Assembly: GCF_009914755.1 (NCBI RefSeq)
Contig: NC_060925.1
Direction: 5' to 3' (one strand)
From: the human T2T-CHM13v2.0 reference genome, Homo sapiens
Length of the DNA stretch: 64,000 bases
Shown in pieces: positions 1 through 12,260 of this stretch. How positions within the stretch are numbered: the first letter of the stretch is position 1; every line of letters begins with the position of its first letter. Made by a program: the position numbers and the translations under genes. Below the pieces are notes generated by a model that searched no databases, was not told the origin of the DNA, and saw nothing but the letters and a program-made list of their open reading frames with translations.

Positions 1-1799
1 CTGTATGTCTTTACATTATTGTTGGCGGACCAGGGCCTTAAATAATTTCTGTGTAACTCAGTTCATAAATCTGCCCTCGCTCTGTGGCTGGCAAACACTG
101 CCGGAGAAGAGACCAGGTTCCCAAGGTAAACAGCTGGACTGGCAGCTGCTCCCTGGCCATACAAAATCCAGAGCACTGGCCTGGGGTGGGGGCTGGCTGC
201 ACTCACTCAGGAAGCTCAGAACATGCTGGGTTTGGCAGAGGTCGAAGAGCCAGTGGGCCCAGCAGTTCATGGAGAGTCATCCCGAGGTGTGAAGCCAAGG
301 AAGCTTTGGCCCATGGGAGCCAAGGTGCTCTGGTTGGGGAAAACATGCCGGCAAACAGGGCAGGTCCAGAGGGTGTCCAGAGAAACTGCAAGGAACTCCC
401 CCCTCACCACGCACCTAGAGCATATGAATCTCTCCACACCCTCGGGAGGCTGGCTTCACTATTCCCGTCTCAGAGGTGGTGAGACAGGCTCATTTGTCCA
501 CAGAGCCAGCAAGTGGTGAACCCACAGTGTGAACCCAGCGCAGCTCGGTTTCAACGTCTTCCCATGTTACCCATGAAAAGAGGACCTGGGGGCAGATGGG
601 GTTACAGAGACCATCTTCACCAAACCAGTGATCTGTCTGCCAGGAATAAGTGCATGCACGGTTAAGGGGGCAATGCAACAGGGCGTCTGAATTTGGGATG
701 ATGCCAGAACACCACAGTGAGGGAAGGGGTGAGCTTCCCAGAGATGAATGAGCAGAGGCCAGACCATCTCTTCTTACAAAGATGCTACAGATGAGGTTCC
801 TGCACGATCATGGAGAAAGGTAAGAGTCAGCGCCTGCTTTCAAGGAGCTGAGTGGCAAACAGGAAACAGGACACCAAGATTTTCACCGTGCAGAGATGAG
901 ACACAGAATGAAACTGAGATGTCAGAGAAGTGCAGCCCAACCAGGGAAAACAACGAGGGTCACCTCCATGGTGACTCATGACATGTGGAAATGCACTCCC
1001 ACACCCACAGCTCACCCACCTGCTCCTAAAAGACTAGCACCCCAGACCACAGCCGAACTGGCTCAACATCACCTCGCAAGAGCCTGTCAGAGCTGCAACC
1101 CCACCCTCTCAGCTGAGTCCCAGCCCACACTCCACATCGCACCACACTGCCCCGGGGGCAGGCATCCCATCCCCTTAGGTGCTGGTACACCTCCAGATAT
1201 TCTCATTTCATCTTCCTCCTCCAACCGTATCAACACTATTAGAACAATGATGATAAAGAAGAATCTTAACCACTAGAAACCTCGATTTCCTCATTTGTCA
1301 ATGGAGGTGATGACAGAGCCAGATCTGCGGGAGACACGAATGAAATGATGCATGCAAAGCACTCAGCACCGTGAAAGATCATCATCTAGTAGTTATTCTT
1401 CAAATAACACTTTACAGTGCTCTGCCATACATTATTTCCTATGATTTTTACAATGACGTGTAGAGTAGCTATCATTGGTGACTATTTCACAGATGAGGAA
1501 ACGGAGGTTGTGCTTCTGGGCCATTCTGCTGCAAAATAATCAGATTATGCATAAAATATAGCTTCTGTCACATTGCTTGGGTTATAGGAGGTAAGGACAA
1601 TCTCAGAGGACGGGAGAAACAGAAGTAGAAATCCCAGGCCAGAACTAGGCTGAAAGGTGGGGTTCCCCCAAGGGCAGGTACTCAACTCAGGCCTCCAGTG
1701 TGTCCAGAGACAAACCCTGGCCATGTGGTCTCATGCTCAAAGGTGACCAAACACATGAGGCAAGAAGAGGGAGGCTCTGCAGAAGCAATGAACCACAAC

Positions 1800-4716
1800 G
1801 CTGGACCTTCCAAGGATTCCAAATGCTAAAATGATCAGACTTGGAGTATATACTAACAGGGGTGAAATGTGTAAGGAGTGAAAGGGCACAATCACAAAAC
1901 ATTAGCAAGTAACGAGACTGTCCAAAACCACCAATCAGATTTGAAAAGGAACCAACAGAATTTCCAGAAATTAAAAATGTAATTGTTGAAAATTTTGTTT
2001 AAACATTTTTAATTTTTCAAAAATGTTGACTGAAATGAGTCAAACAGCAGATTAAACACAGGTAAGCCAGAAGAAAGAACTGAAGAAATTTCACAGATTT
2101 CAGATCAGAAAGACAAGCAGCTAGAAAATAAGAAATATAGCAGCCAGAATAAGAAGGCTAATCTACCTTTAATCAAAGTCTCAAAAAGAAGACAGCATAG
2201 ACAGGAAGCAGTATCTGAAGAGATAACAGCTTGGAGTTTTCCAGAGCTGCAAGGAGGAAAAAAATAAAAGAAATCCACATTTACTCACAGAATAGTGAAA
2301 ATTCAGACTATCACAGAAGTAGAAGAACTTAAAAGCAATAGACAGGAAACACAGACACCCATAAAAGAATGACGGAGACTGACAGTTTTCTCTACAACAA
2401 AACAAAATCCATTGCCAGAGGCAACGTTATAATATTTTCAAAGCACCGAAAGAAAATAACTGTCAACCTAGAAGTGGGCATCTTCTATCTATCTTTCAAA
2501 ATGAGGATGAAAGAAAGAGCACCTTACTCAAAGAATTTCTAAAGAATAAGCTTCAGGAAGAAGGAAGATGATCCCAGAAGAAAGGTATAAAATGTATAAA
2601 AACTAATGATGTGCAAATAAATTCACAAACATGTAAGTAGAGCTAAACGCACACTGTTTTATAAAATGGTAATGCCCTCTAATGCACGGGGTTGAAGAAA
2701 GGCCAGAACTAGAACACTGTACAACAAAAGCATGTAGGTTTGGATGAAATGATTAAGAGGCAGTGCCCTAAGGTTCTTGTATTGTTGGGGAGGGAGTTAA
2801 GGTATTAATGTCAGACTCTTTTAGGTTAAGAATTCATAGGTAATCATTAAGAGAAAGGAATTAATCAATTTTATTTTGCTTTTTAATCAATCTAAAAAGC
2901 AAAATAAAAGACAATAACGGCAACAACAACAAAACTAAGCCAAAACATGGAAGCAAAAAAGGAAGCATAGGAAAAAGCAAAGTAGAAAGCAAAATGTAAG
3001 ATATCAGAAATATGTCCAAATGCATTAGTAATCACTAAAATTGAAAATGGACTAAATTCTAATTAAAACAGAACATGTCAGCATGAACTAAAGACATAAA
3101 ATAAATTAACCTCCCTTTTGCTAATTACAATAAACACATCTAAACATAAGGAAAAACATACCTAAAACATAAGAAAAAAGTTTAAGGGGTAGAAAAAGAT
3201 ATACCATACAATTACTATTCAAAACAAGGCTGGTATAGCCACATTAATATTAGATAAAATAGAACTTAAACCAAAAACATTATTAGGGATAGATTGATTA
3301 TCTAATAATAAAAGTTTTCATTTTATAGAAACCTAATCATGTTGCAGTGAAACCTAATAATAATATTAGCAATGCAAAGCCTACCACCTTGGTGGTAAAT
3401 TTCAACACCTTTCTTTCAATTACTAACACATTAAACAAAGAAAAAAATAATAAAATTACAGAAAATTTGAATAACACAAGATTTTTGATCTACTGAACAA
3501 AAACAGAATATGCACATTTTTCTCAAGTACATATGCAACATTTACAAAAAACTGCCATATACAAGACCAATATCATATAAATAATGTTCTCCAATTACAG
3601 TAAAATTAAATTAGAAGTCAATCACATAAAGGCAAAAAATGTTCCTATGTTTGGAAAATTAAAGGCCCACTGCATCAATCAAAACATTATAATGGGTATT
3701 TACAATACTTATTTACAATTTATTGCAACTGAACTATAATGCCAACACTACACATCAAAAATTCTGAGATGCAGTAAAAGCGGCATTAAAAGGGAAATTT
3801 ATTTTGCAAATGTTTATGCTAGAAAAAAAGGCTGAAAATTAATGTGCTAGGAGATCCATTTCAGAAATTACAAAAGGGACAGCAAAATAAACAAAATGTA
3901 AAAGGAAGGAGATAATAAAGATAAAAGCAGAAATTAATGTCATAGAAACGAAGATAAAATAGAACCAAAAAGACAGGAATTAGTTCTTGAAAAGACTAGT
4001 AGACAAACCTCCGATGAAATAATTTTTTTTAAAAAAGAAGGCACAAAAAAAGGAATAATATTAGGAATAAAACGAGAAACATAACTACAGATCCAGTGAA
4101 GATTAAAAAATAAGAGAACACTATGACTGGTTTTATGGCAATAAATTTGAAAGCATATACAAAATGGACAAATTCCTTGGTAGGGGCAGGCTAACTTCCC
4201 AAGAAATAGAAAGCATTAACAGTTCTATGCCAATTAAAGTAATTGGATCAGTAGTTTAAAATCTTTCCACAAAGATAGTTTTATAGGCAAGTTTACGAAA
4301 TGTTCAAAGAACATATCATTCTAATCTTATACAAATTCTTCAAGGAATAGAAAAAAAAAGGGATACTCCCAAACTCACTCCATAAGACCAATAAAACCCC
4401 AATATCAAAATCAGATAATAAAAGTAGGAGAACCACAGGCAAATATCACTCATAAATAAAGACAAAAAATTTTGAATTGAGTGATGTATAGAAAAGAGAA
4501 CAAATTATATCCAAGTTGGGTGGATCCCAAGAATGTAAGAAGTATTTGACATTAGTAAAGTCTGTAAATTTGACTCACTACATATACAAATTGAAGTAGT
4601 TAAGCTATATAGCTTAATTATGATAACCTCAATAGACTTAGAAAGAGCATTTGATAAAATTCAATGCACATATATTCTAAAATTATTAGCAAGTTAGGAA
4701 TAAAAAGGAATGTCTT
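1800..4716 (+). mobile_element. Old L1M (L1ME-like) LINE, 5' part: ORF1 and ORF2 endonuclease/RT remnants
   Basis: Long A-rich stretch with decayed L1 ORF1/ORF2 motifs (e.g. gaaagagcatttgataaaattcaa). Breaks at aagttaggaataaaaaggaatgtctt and resumes near 8035. Confidence 0.8.
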
Positions 4717-7700
4717 GAACAAGGCAAGATGTCCCCTCTTACCATTCCTTTTCAATATCATACTGGAAGTCCTAGCTAAGGAAGGAAGTCAAGGAAAGGA
4801 GACAAAAGATATACAGATCAGGAAGGAAGAAATAAAACTGTTCACAGATGACATAAAAGTATATGTAGAAAATCCAAAAGAAGAGATGAAAAAAACCTAT
4901 TGGAACTAATAAGCAATTATAGCAAGGTTGCAAGATACAAGGTTAGTATATAAAAATCAAGTTACTTTCCTATATATCAGCAATGAACAAGTAGAATTTG
5001 AAATTTAAAACAAACACAGTATCATTTACATTAGCACCCCTAAAAATGATGTACTTAGGTATAAATCTAACAAAATATTACCAGATCTATATGAGGAAAA
5101 TGACAAACCTCTGATTAAAGAAATCAAAGAACTAAATAAATAATCCCCATATTTCGGGGGAAGGGCCTGGTGGGAGGTGACTGGATCATGGGGTAGATTT
5201 CCCCCTTGCTGTTCTCATGATAGTGAGTGAGTTCTCACAAGATCTGATTGTTTAAAAGTGTGTGGCACCTCCACCTTCTCTCTCTCTTTCCTGCTCCACC
5301 ATGGTAAGACATGCTTGCTTCCCCTTCACCTTCCGCCATGATTCCAAGTTTCCTGAGGCCTCTCAATCATGCTTCCTGTTAAGCCTGCAGAACTGTAGGT
5401 CAATTAGACCTCTTTTCTTCATAAATGATCCAGTCTTAGGAAGTTCTTTATAGCAGTGTGAAAACAGACTAATACAGAAAATTGGTACTGGGAGTGGGGC
5501 ATTGCTATAAAGATACCTGAAAATGTGGAAACAACTTTGGAACTGGGTAACAGGCAGAAGTTGAAACAATATGGAGGGCTCAGAAGAAGATAGGAAGATA
5601 TGGGAAAGTTCGGAACTTCCTAGAGACTTGTTGAATAGTTGTGACCAAAATGCTGATAGTGATATGGACAATGAAGTCAAGGCTGAGATGGTCTCAGATG
5701 GAGATGAGGAAATTTCTGGGAACTGGAGCAAAGGTCATTCTTGTTATGCTTTAGCAAGGAAACTGGTGGCATTGTTCCCCTGCTCTAGGGATCTGTGGAA
5801 CTTTGAATTTGAAAGAGATGATTTAGGGCATTTGGTGAAAGAAATTTCTAAGCAGCAAAGCTTTCAAGATGTGGCCTGGCTACTCCTAACAGCATATAGT
5901 CATATGTATTTACAAAGAGATGGTCTAAAATTGGAACTTATGTTGAAAAGGGAAGCAGAGCATAAAATGTTTGGAAAATTTGCAGCCTGACCATGTGGTA
6001 GAAAAGAAAAGCCCATTTTCTGGGGAGAAATTCAAGTCAGCTGCAGAAATTTGCATAAGAGGAGCCGAATGTTAATAGCCAAGACAATGTGGAAAATATC
6101 TCCAGGGCACATCAGAGACCTTCACAGTAGCCCCTCCCATTACAGGACCAGAAGCTGAGGAGGAAAAAATGGTTTCGTGGGCTGGGCCCAGGGCCCTGCT
6201 GCTTTGTACAGCCTCAGGACATGGTGTTCTGCATCTCAGCTGCCCTAGCCCCAGCTGTGGCTAAAAGGGGCCAAGGTACAAGTCAGGTCATTGCTTCAGA
6301 GGGTGCAAGCCCCAAGCCTTGGAGGCTTCCACGTGGTGTTGGGCCTGCAGGTGCACAGAAAACAATAGGTGAGCTTTGGGAACCTCTTCCTAGATTTCAA
6401 AGGACGTATGGAAATGCCTGAATGTCCAGGCAGAAGTCTGCTACAGGGGCAGAGCCTTCATGGACAACCTCTATTAAGGCAGTGAAAAGGGGAAATGTGG
6501 GGTTGGAGCCCCCACACAGAGCCCCCCTTGGGCCTATGAGAAGAGGGCCACAGAATGGAGACCCCAGAATGGAGATCCACTGACAGCTTGCACCATGTGC
6601 CTGGGAAAGCCACAGGTACTCAACACCAGCTCATGAAAGCAGCCGCGGGGGCTGTACTCTGCAGAGCCACAGGGATGGAGTTGCTTGAGGCCTTGAGAGC
6701 CCACCCTTTACATCAGCATGCCCTGGATGTGAGACATGGAGTCAAAGGAGATTATTTCAGAGCTTTAAGATTTAATGACTACCCTATTGGGTTTTGGACT
6801 TGCCTGGGGCCTGTAGCCCCTTTGTTTTGACCAATTTCTCCCTTTTTCAATGGGATAATTTACCCAATGCCTGTAGCCCCTATTGTATATTGAAAGTAAC
6901 AAACTTATTTTTTATTTAACAGGCTCGTAGGTGGGAGGGACTTGTCTTGTCTCAGATGAGACTTTGGACTCAGACTTTTGAGTTAACGCTGGAATTAGTT
7001 AAGACTTTGGGGGACTATTGGGAAGGCGTGATTGGTTTTTAAATGTGAGAAGGACATGAGATTTGGGAGGTGCAGGGGTGGAATGATATGGTTTGGCTCT
7101 GTGTCCCCACCCAAATTTCATCTCAAATTGTAATCCCCAGGTATCAGGGAAGGGGCCTGGTAGGAGGTGATTGGATCATGGGCGGATTTCCCCTGTCTTG
7201 TGATAGTGAGTGAGTCCTCACAAGATCTAATCATTTAAAAGTGTGTGGCACCTCCCCCTTCTCTGTCTCCTGCTCCACCATGATAAGACATGCTTGCTTC
7301 CCCTTCACCTTACACCATAAGTGTAAATTTCCTGAGCTCTCCCAGTCACGCTTCCTGTTAAGCCTGTGGCTCTGTGAGTCAATTAAACCTCTTTTCTTCA
7401 TAAATTACCCAGTCTCAGGTAGTTCTTTATAGCAGTGTGAGAACAGACTAATACAGTAGGTGAATGGGTAAGTAAACTGTGTTGCATCTAGACAATGGAA
7501 TATTATTCAGTAGTGAAAAGGAATGAGCTATTGAGCTATAAAAAGACCTGGAAGAAACTTAAATGCATATTACTAAATGAAATATGCCAATCTGAGAAGG
7601 CTACATACTGTATGATTCCAACCATATGACACTCTGAAAAAGTACAAACTAAGGAGACAGTGAAAACATCGGTGGTTGCCAAGGGAAGGAGGGATAAACA

Positions 7701-8020
7701 GGCAGCACACAGAGGACTTTTAGAGCAGAAAAACTATTGTGTGTGGTCCTATAATGGTAGATACATGTCATTATACCTTTGTCCAAATCCACAGAATGTA
7801 CAATACCAAGAATGAACCTTAATGTAAACTATGGACTTTGGGTGATAATGATGTGTCAATGTAGGTTCGTTGATCGTAACAAATGCACCACTCTGGTGTG
7901 AGATGTTGATAGCAGGGGAGGCTGCGTGTGTGAGGGCAGGGGTATAGGGTAACTCCATGTACCTTCCACTCTGTTTTGCCGTGAACCTAAAACTGCTCTA
8001 AAAAAGAAAGTCTATTTTTT
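4717..8020 (+). mobile_element. 5'-truncated L1MC1-like element nested in the older L1 and itself interrupted by THE1D
   Basis: Better-preserved RT segment (ORF 4664-4909: [16 protein letters not shown]...[14 protein letters not shown]). L1MC1-type 3' UTR at 7456-8015 (ctataatggtagatacatgtcattatac...gtgaacctaaaactgctctaaaaa). Confidence 0.8.
5141..7455 (+). mobile_element. THE1D-type ERVL-MaLR provirus: 5' LTR 5141-5476 (5'-truncated), internal 5477-7083, 3' LTR 7084-7455
   Basis: Two similar LTRs both ending gactaataca. The 3' LTR starts tgatatggtttggctctgtgtcc after a polypurine tract. Typical MaLR internal sequence, with ORF relic at 5571-5990. Confidence 0.92.
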
Positions 8021-8609
8021 TTTTTAAAAAAAGCCTTTAATCTGAGAGAAAGAGTCCATAAAAATCCTATAGGAGATATTACACTTAATGGTAAAATATT
8101 GGAAGCATTTAAAATCAGGAGCAAGACAAGGAGGTCTACTATCATTATTTCTGAAAAAGATAAAACAAAGTATAAAAATTGAAAAGGAATAAAATGTTCT
8201 TTATTCACATCTATGAAAGTCTATATAGAAATATCAAAAGAATCTACACAAAAATGAATAGAAATAATAAGAGAATTTGGCAAGTTGGCTGGGTATAATA
8301 TAAATATTTAAAAAGCGATTTTATTTCTATTCACCAGGAACAAATAAAAAAGTAATTAAAAAAGATAAAATTCACAATCACAACAAAAAGCATAAGAAGA
8401 CTTATAATACATCTTTAAAAGAAAGATATATAATACATATATAGAGAAAAATATAAAACACTGTAGAAAGTCACAAAGAACATGTTTATGAACAATAAGA
8501 ATTAATAATCATATAAAGAGGTCCTATTCCCGTTCCCCCCAACCAAATTGATCTACAGAGTAAATGGAATTCCAATCAAAATCTAATCAAGGTTTTCCAT
8601 AGAAATTTC

Positions 8610-8961
8610 TTTCTTTCCCTCCCTCTCCCTGACCTCTTTTTCCTTTCTCTCTTTCTTTTTTTATTATTTGAGTTGAGATCTTACTCCATCACCCAGGCTG
8701 GAGTGCACTGGTATTTATAATAGATAGTTTACTGAAGACTTGAACTCCTGGGCTCAAGCAATCTTCCTACCTCAGCCTCCCAAGTCACTGGGACTACAGG
8801 CGAGCACCATTCTTGGCTAATTTAAAAAAAAAAAAAATTGTTTAGAGATGGGGGTCTTACTATGTTGCCCAGACTGGTCTCAAACTCCTGGCCTCAAACA
8901 ATCCTCCCACCCCAGTCTCACAAGTAGCTGGTATTACGAGTGTAAGCCACTGCACCTGGCT
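8610..8961 (-). mobile_element. AluJ with tail decayed to a CT-rich tract
   Basis: Dimeric Alu with J-type features; degenerate TSD ttccatagaaattt / ttcgtggaaattt. Confidence 0.9.
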
Positions 8962-10090
8962 TCGTGGAAATTTTAAAGTTGATTCCAAAATACACATATG
9001 GAAGAGCAAAGTCCAAGAAAAGCCAAGGAACACTAAAACAAGACTGGGGTGGGAAATAGCGGGGATGGACTTTTCTACTAGATACTAGCAAAAACTTTTT
9101 ATGAAACTATGGTAATTAATGTGCTGTGGTATTGGTGCAGGGGTAGAAAAACTCAGTAATAGAACAGAAGTGCCCAGAAATAGGCTCATAGATATACAGA
9201 GTCTCTGATATATGACAGAGTGGCACTACAGATCACTGGATTTGCAGATCACTAGTAAAAAGATAGGCAATCCAACAAACGGCTCCCAGAATAGCTGGAT
9301 ATCCAGCTGGAAACAAATCAAACTGGATTCCTACCTCATACCATATACTCTAATTCCAATGGATTAAAAATAAATGTGAAAGTAAAAATGTAAAATAAGC
9401 CCTCCCATTATCAGAGGATTTATCTGTAGCATTAAGGTAGAGAAGGACATTTTACTGCAGACACAAAAATACAAACAATAAAAGGAAAGATTGATAAATT
9501 CCACTCATGAAAATGAAAAGCTTCTACTAAAAAAAAATACCATCAGGAAAGTGAAGCTAAGTCACAAACTGACAGAAAATATCAAGAATTCCTATAAATC
9601 AATAAGAAAAAGACAAACAACCAATAGAAAAATGGGCAGAGGACGTGAAAGGACTTTTACAGAAGAGGAAACACAAATGGCCTATAAACTGTGAAAAGTG
9701 CTCAACCTCATTAGTAATCAGCTAAAAATGAAAATTAAGACCACGAGATGCCATTTCACACCTGCCAAACTGGCATAGTTACATAACATTTTTGAGGACA
9801 TAGAACCACAGGACTTCAATATGCTGTAGGTGCGAGTATAAGCGGAACAACCACTTTTGAAAACAAGCCGGCATTTTCATACATTCCCTAAGCCAGCAAT
9901 TTCATTTCTAGGCACACATTCTAGTGAAAATGTTCCATAGGTTCAAAAAGAGACATGAACAAGAATATTCACAGCAGCGTTGTTTGTACTAGCAGAAAAC
10001 TGAAACAACCCAAATGTCCATCAACAAGAGAATGATTAAAGTTTGAGTTATTCACAGAATGTAATAGTATACAGTAGTGAAAATGAATGA

Positions 10091-10417
<327 letters not shown>

Positions 10418-10699
10418 AAAATCTTAAAAATATAATATTAAGTGAAAAAACTGCAGAGACCACATACAGTATGAGACTATTTTTATAAAGCTTTAAACCA
10501 AGCAAAACCAAACAATATATTGTTTAAGGATACATATGTGTGATGAAATCATGTTAAAGAAAGCAGCGAACACTAAACAGAAAATAGGCAGTAGTTCCAG
10601 GAATTCACAGATGTTCATTTTGTTATGCTTTATTGCTTACACATATTTGCATGTATTCTCTTGAATATATCAAATATGATATAATTAAAAAATTAAACA

Positions 10700-10925
10700 T
10701 GAGTCAGGGCTCTGGGGCCAAATAGTACTTATGCAAATCCTGGTGTCTCCACTTCCCAGAGCATTGCCCTGACAAGTATCTTTCCTTCTCTAAGCTTCCA
10801 TTTATTTCTCCATCTGTAAAATGAGAATGGTGACACCTCCCCTGTGGGTATTGGGAGCTCATCCTATCGCAGCACAGTATCTGGCATGTATGAAACACTG
10901 AGCATTTACTACTTTTATTTTTACT
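10700..10925 (+). mobile_element. MIR
   Basis: MIR core (tttctccatctgtaaaatgagaat) and 3' end. Confidence 0.65.
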
Positions 10926-12049
10926 ATTAATAAAGATCAGCGCAGTCACTGGCAGGGCAAGGACCCAGACACCCCATCCACCTGATCCAGTGCTCCTTCC
11001 ACGACACCAGCTGTCCTCTCTACCTGTTTGCCCACCTCCCTTTGGGCTGCAGTGGGGAGACTCTTTCCAGCCCTGTCATAGGAGCAACTACATCAGGTGG
11101 CACCATGGCCAACAGCCTCCGTGCAGTCAGGGGACGTTTACATTCCTGGTGGATTAAAATTCTCAGCAGGCACTGCAGCAGCCTCCAGGCCTTGGTGATT
11201 AATAACACAGCCCAGTGCTGAGAGCTCTCAGAGAATGGCTGGCAAGGAGCCAGCAGGATGGCACAGGAACCTATTGGACACATATGAGCTCTGGGGACAG
11301 AAACATGCCTCTTTCTGGCTCTGGCTGACCCCATTGCCTGGAGCTGGGGCAAGGGAGGAGGGTCAGTGGCCCCAAGGCCTCCTGTCTCACGGGTGAAGGC
11401 TCCAATCCTAGCTGCGCCTCTGCTTGCTGCAGGCACAGTCAAGCAAGCTGCTTCACTGCTTGGGCTTGAGTCTGTCATTTGTAAAACAGCACCTAGCTCA
11501 AAAGTGTTAGTGTGCTCAGAACAGAGCCTAGCACACCAAAGGCTCAGTCACTGTGTTTTGTATTTTTCTTTGGAGAACCAGTCTTACAGGTTACCACCAG
11601 CAGTTTATGGGTCCATCTTCTTGAGGGCTGGAACTCAAGCTGAATTATGTCTGTGTCCCAGGGTCCAATGCGAGCCCTGGTATGGAATACAGAGCTTCAG
11701 CGAATGTTTACTGAGCTCAATTACCAAGTGGCAGGCCAGCCTCTGCTCCCACACTTTGGGGATGGAAACCTCATCCCTTCTGTCTGCTGGGGAAGGTGCC
11801 GCCTGTTAGAAAGTCCATCCTGGTACAGAGCTGAAACCTATTTCAATAGCTTTCTCCCTCTAAGCTTTGAGAATGGGGGAAGGACAGTGGCGGTGGGGGG
11901 AGACCCTCCACCCCCTCCAATTTATGTCCACTCTCCAGGGCCCAATCCAGCCCACCCTTCTTGGTGTACTTCCTCTGACCACCCCGGCCTGAAGGAATGG
12001 TGCCCTCCTCAGGCTTATAGAGCCCACATTCCCAGACCTACGTTGTATG

Positions 12050-12260
12050 GACACACACAGAGATGTGCAGACACACACAGCCACACGTACACATAGTTAC
12101 ATGGTCAAAAACTAACACACAGGAGGACACATGACATCTTGACCCATGTAACACGTTCAACCATACAAATGTGCCACACAAGCACATGCACACGTACACG
12201 CACACACACATGCACAGTTAGAGACGTGGTGTGAGGAGCACGCAGATGCATGCACACATG
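12050..12260. repeat. Degenerate (CA)n-rich simple repeat
   Basis: Interrupted cacaca/cacg/catg runs. Confidence 0.75.

Noticed and set aside
5571-5990. 139-aa ORF
   Set aside because: Decayed THE1D internal ORF; no independent gene structure.
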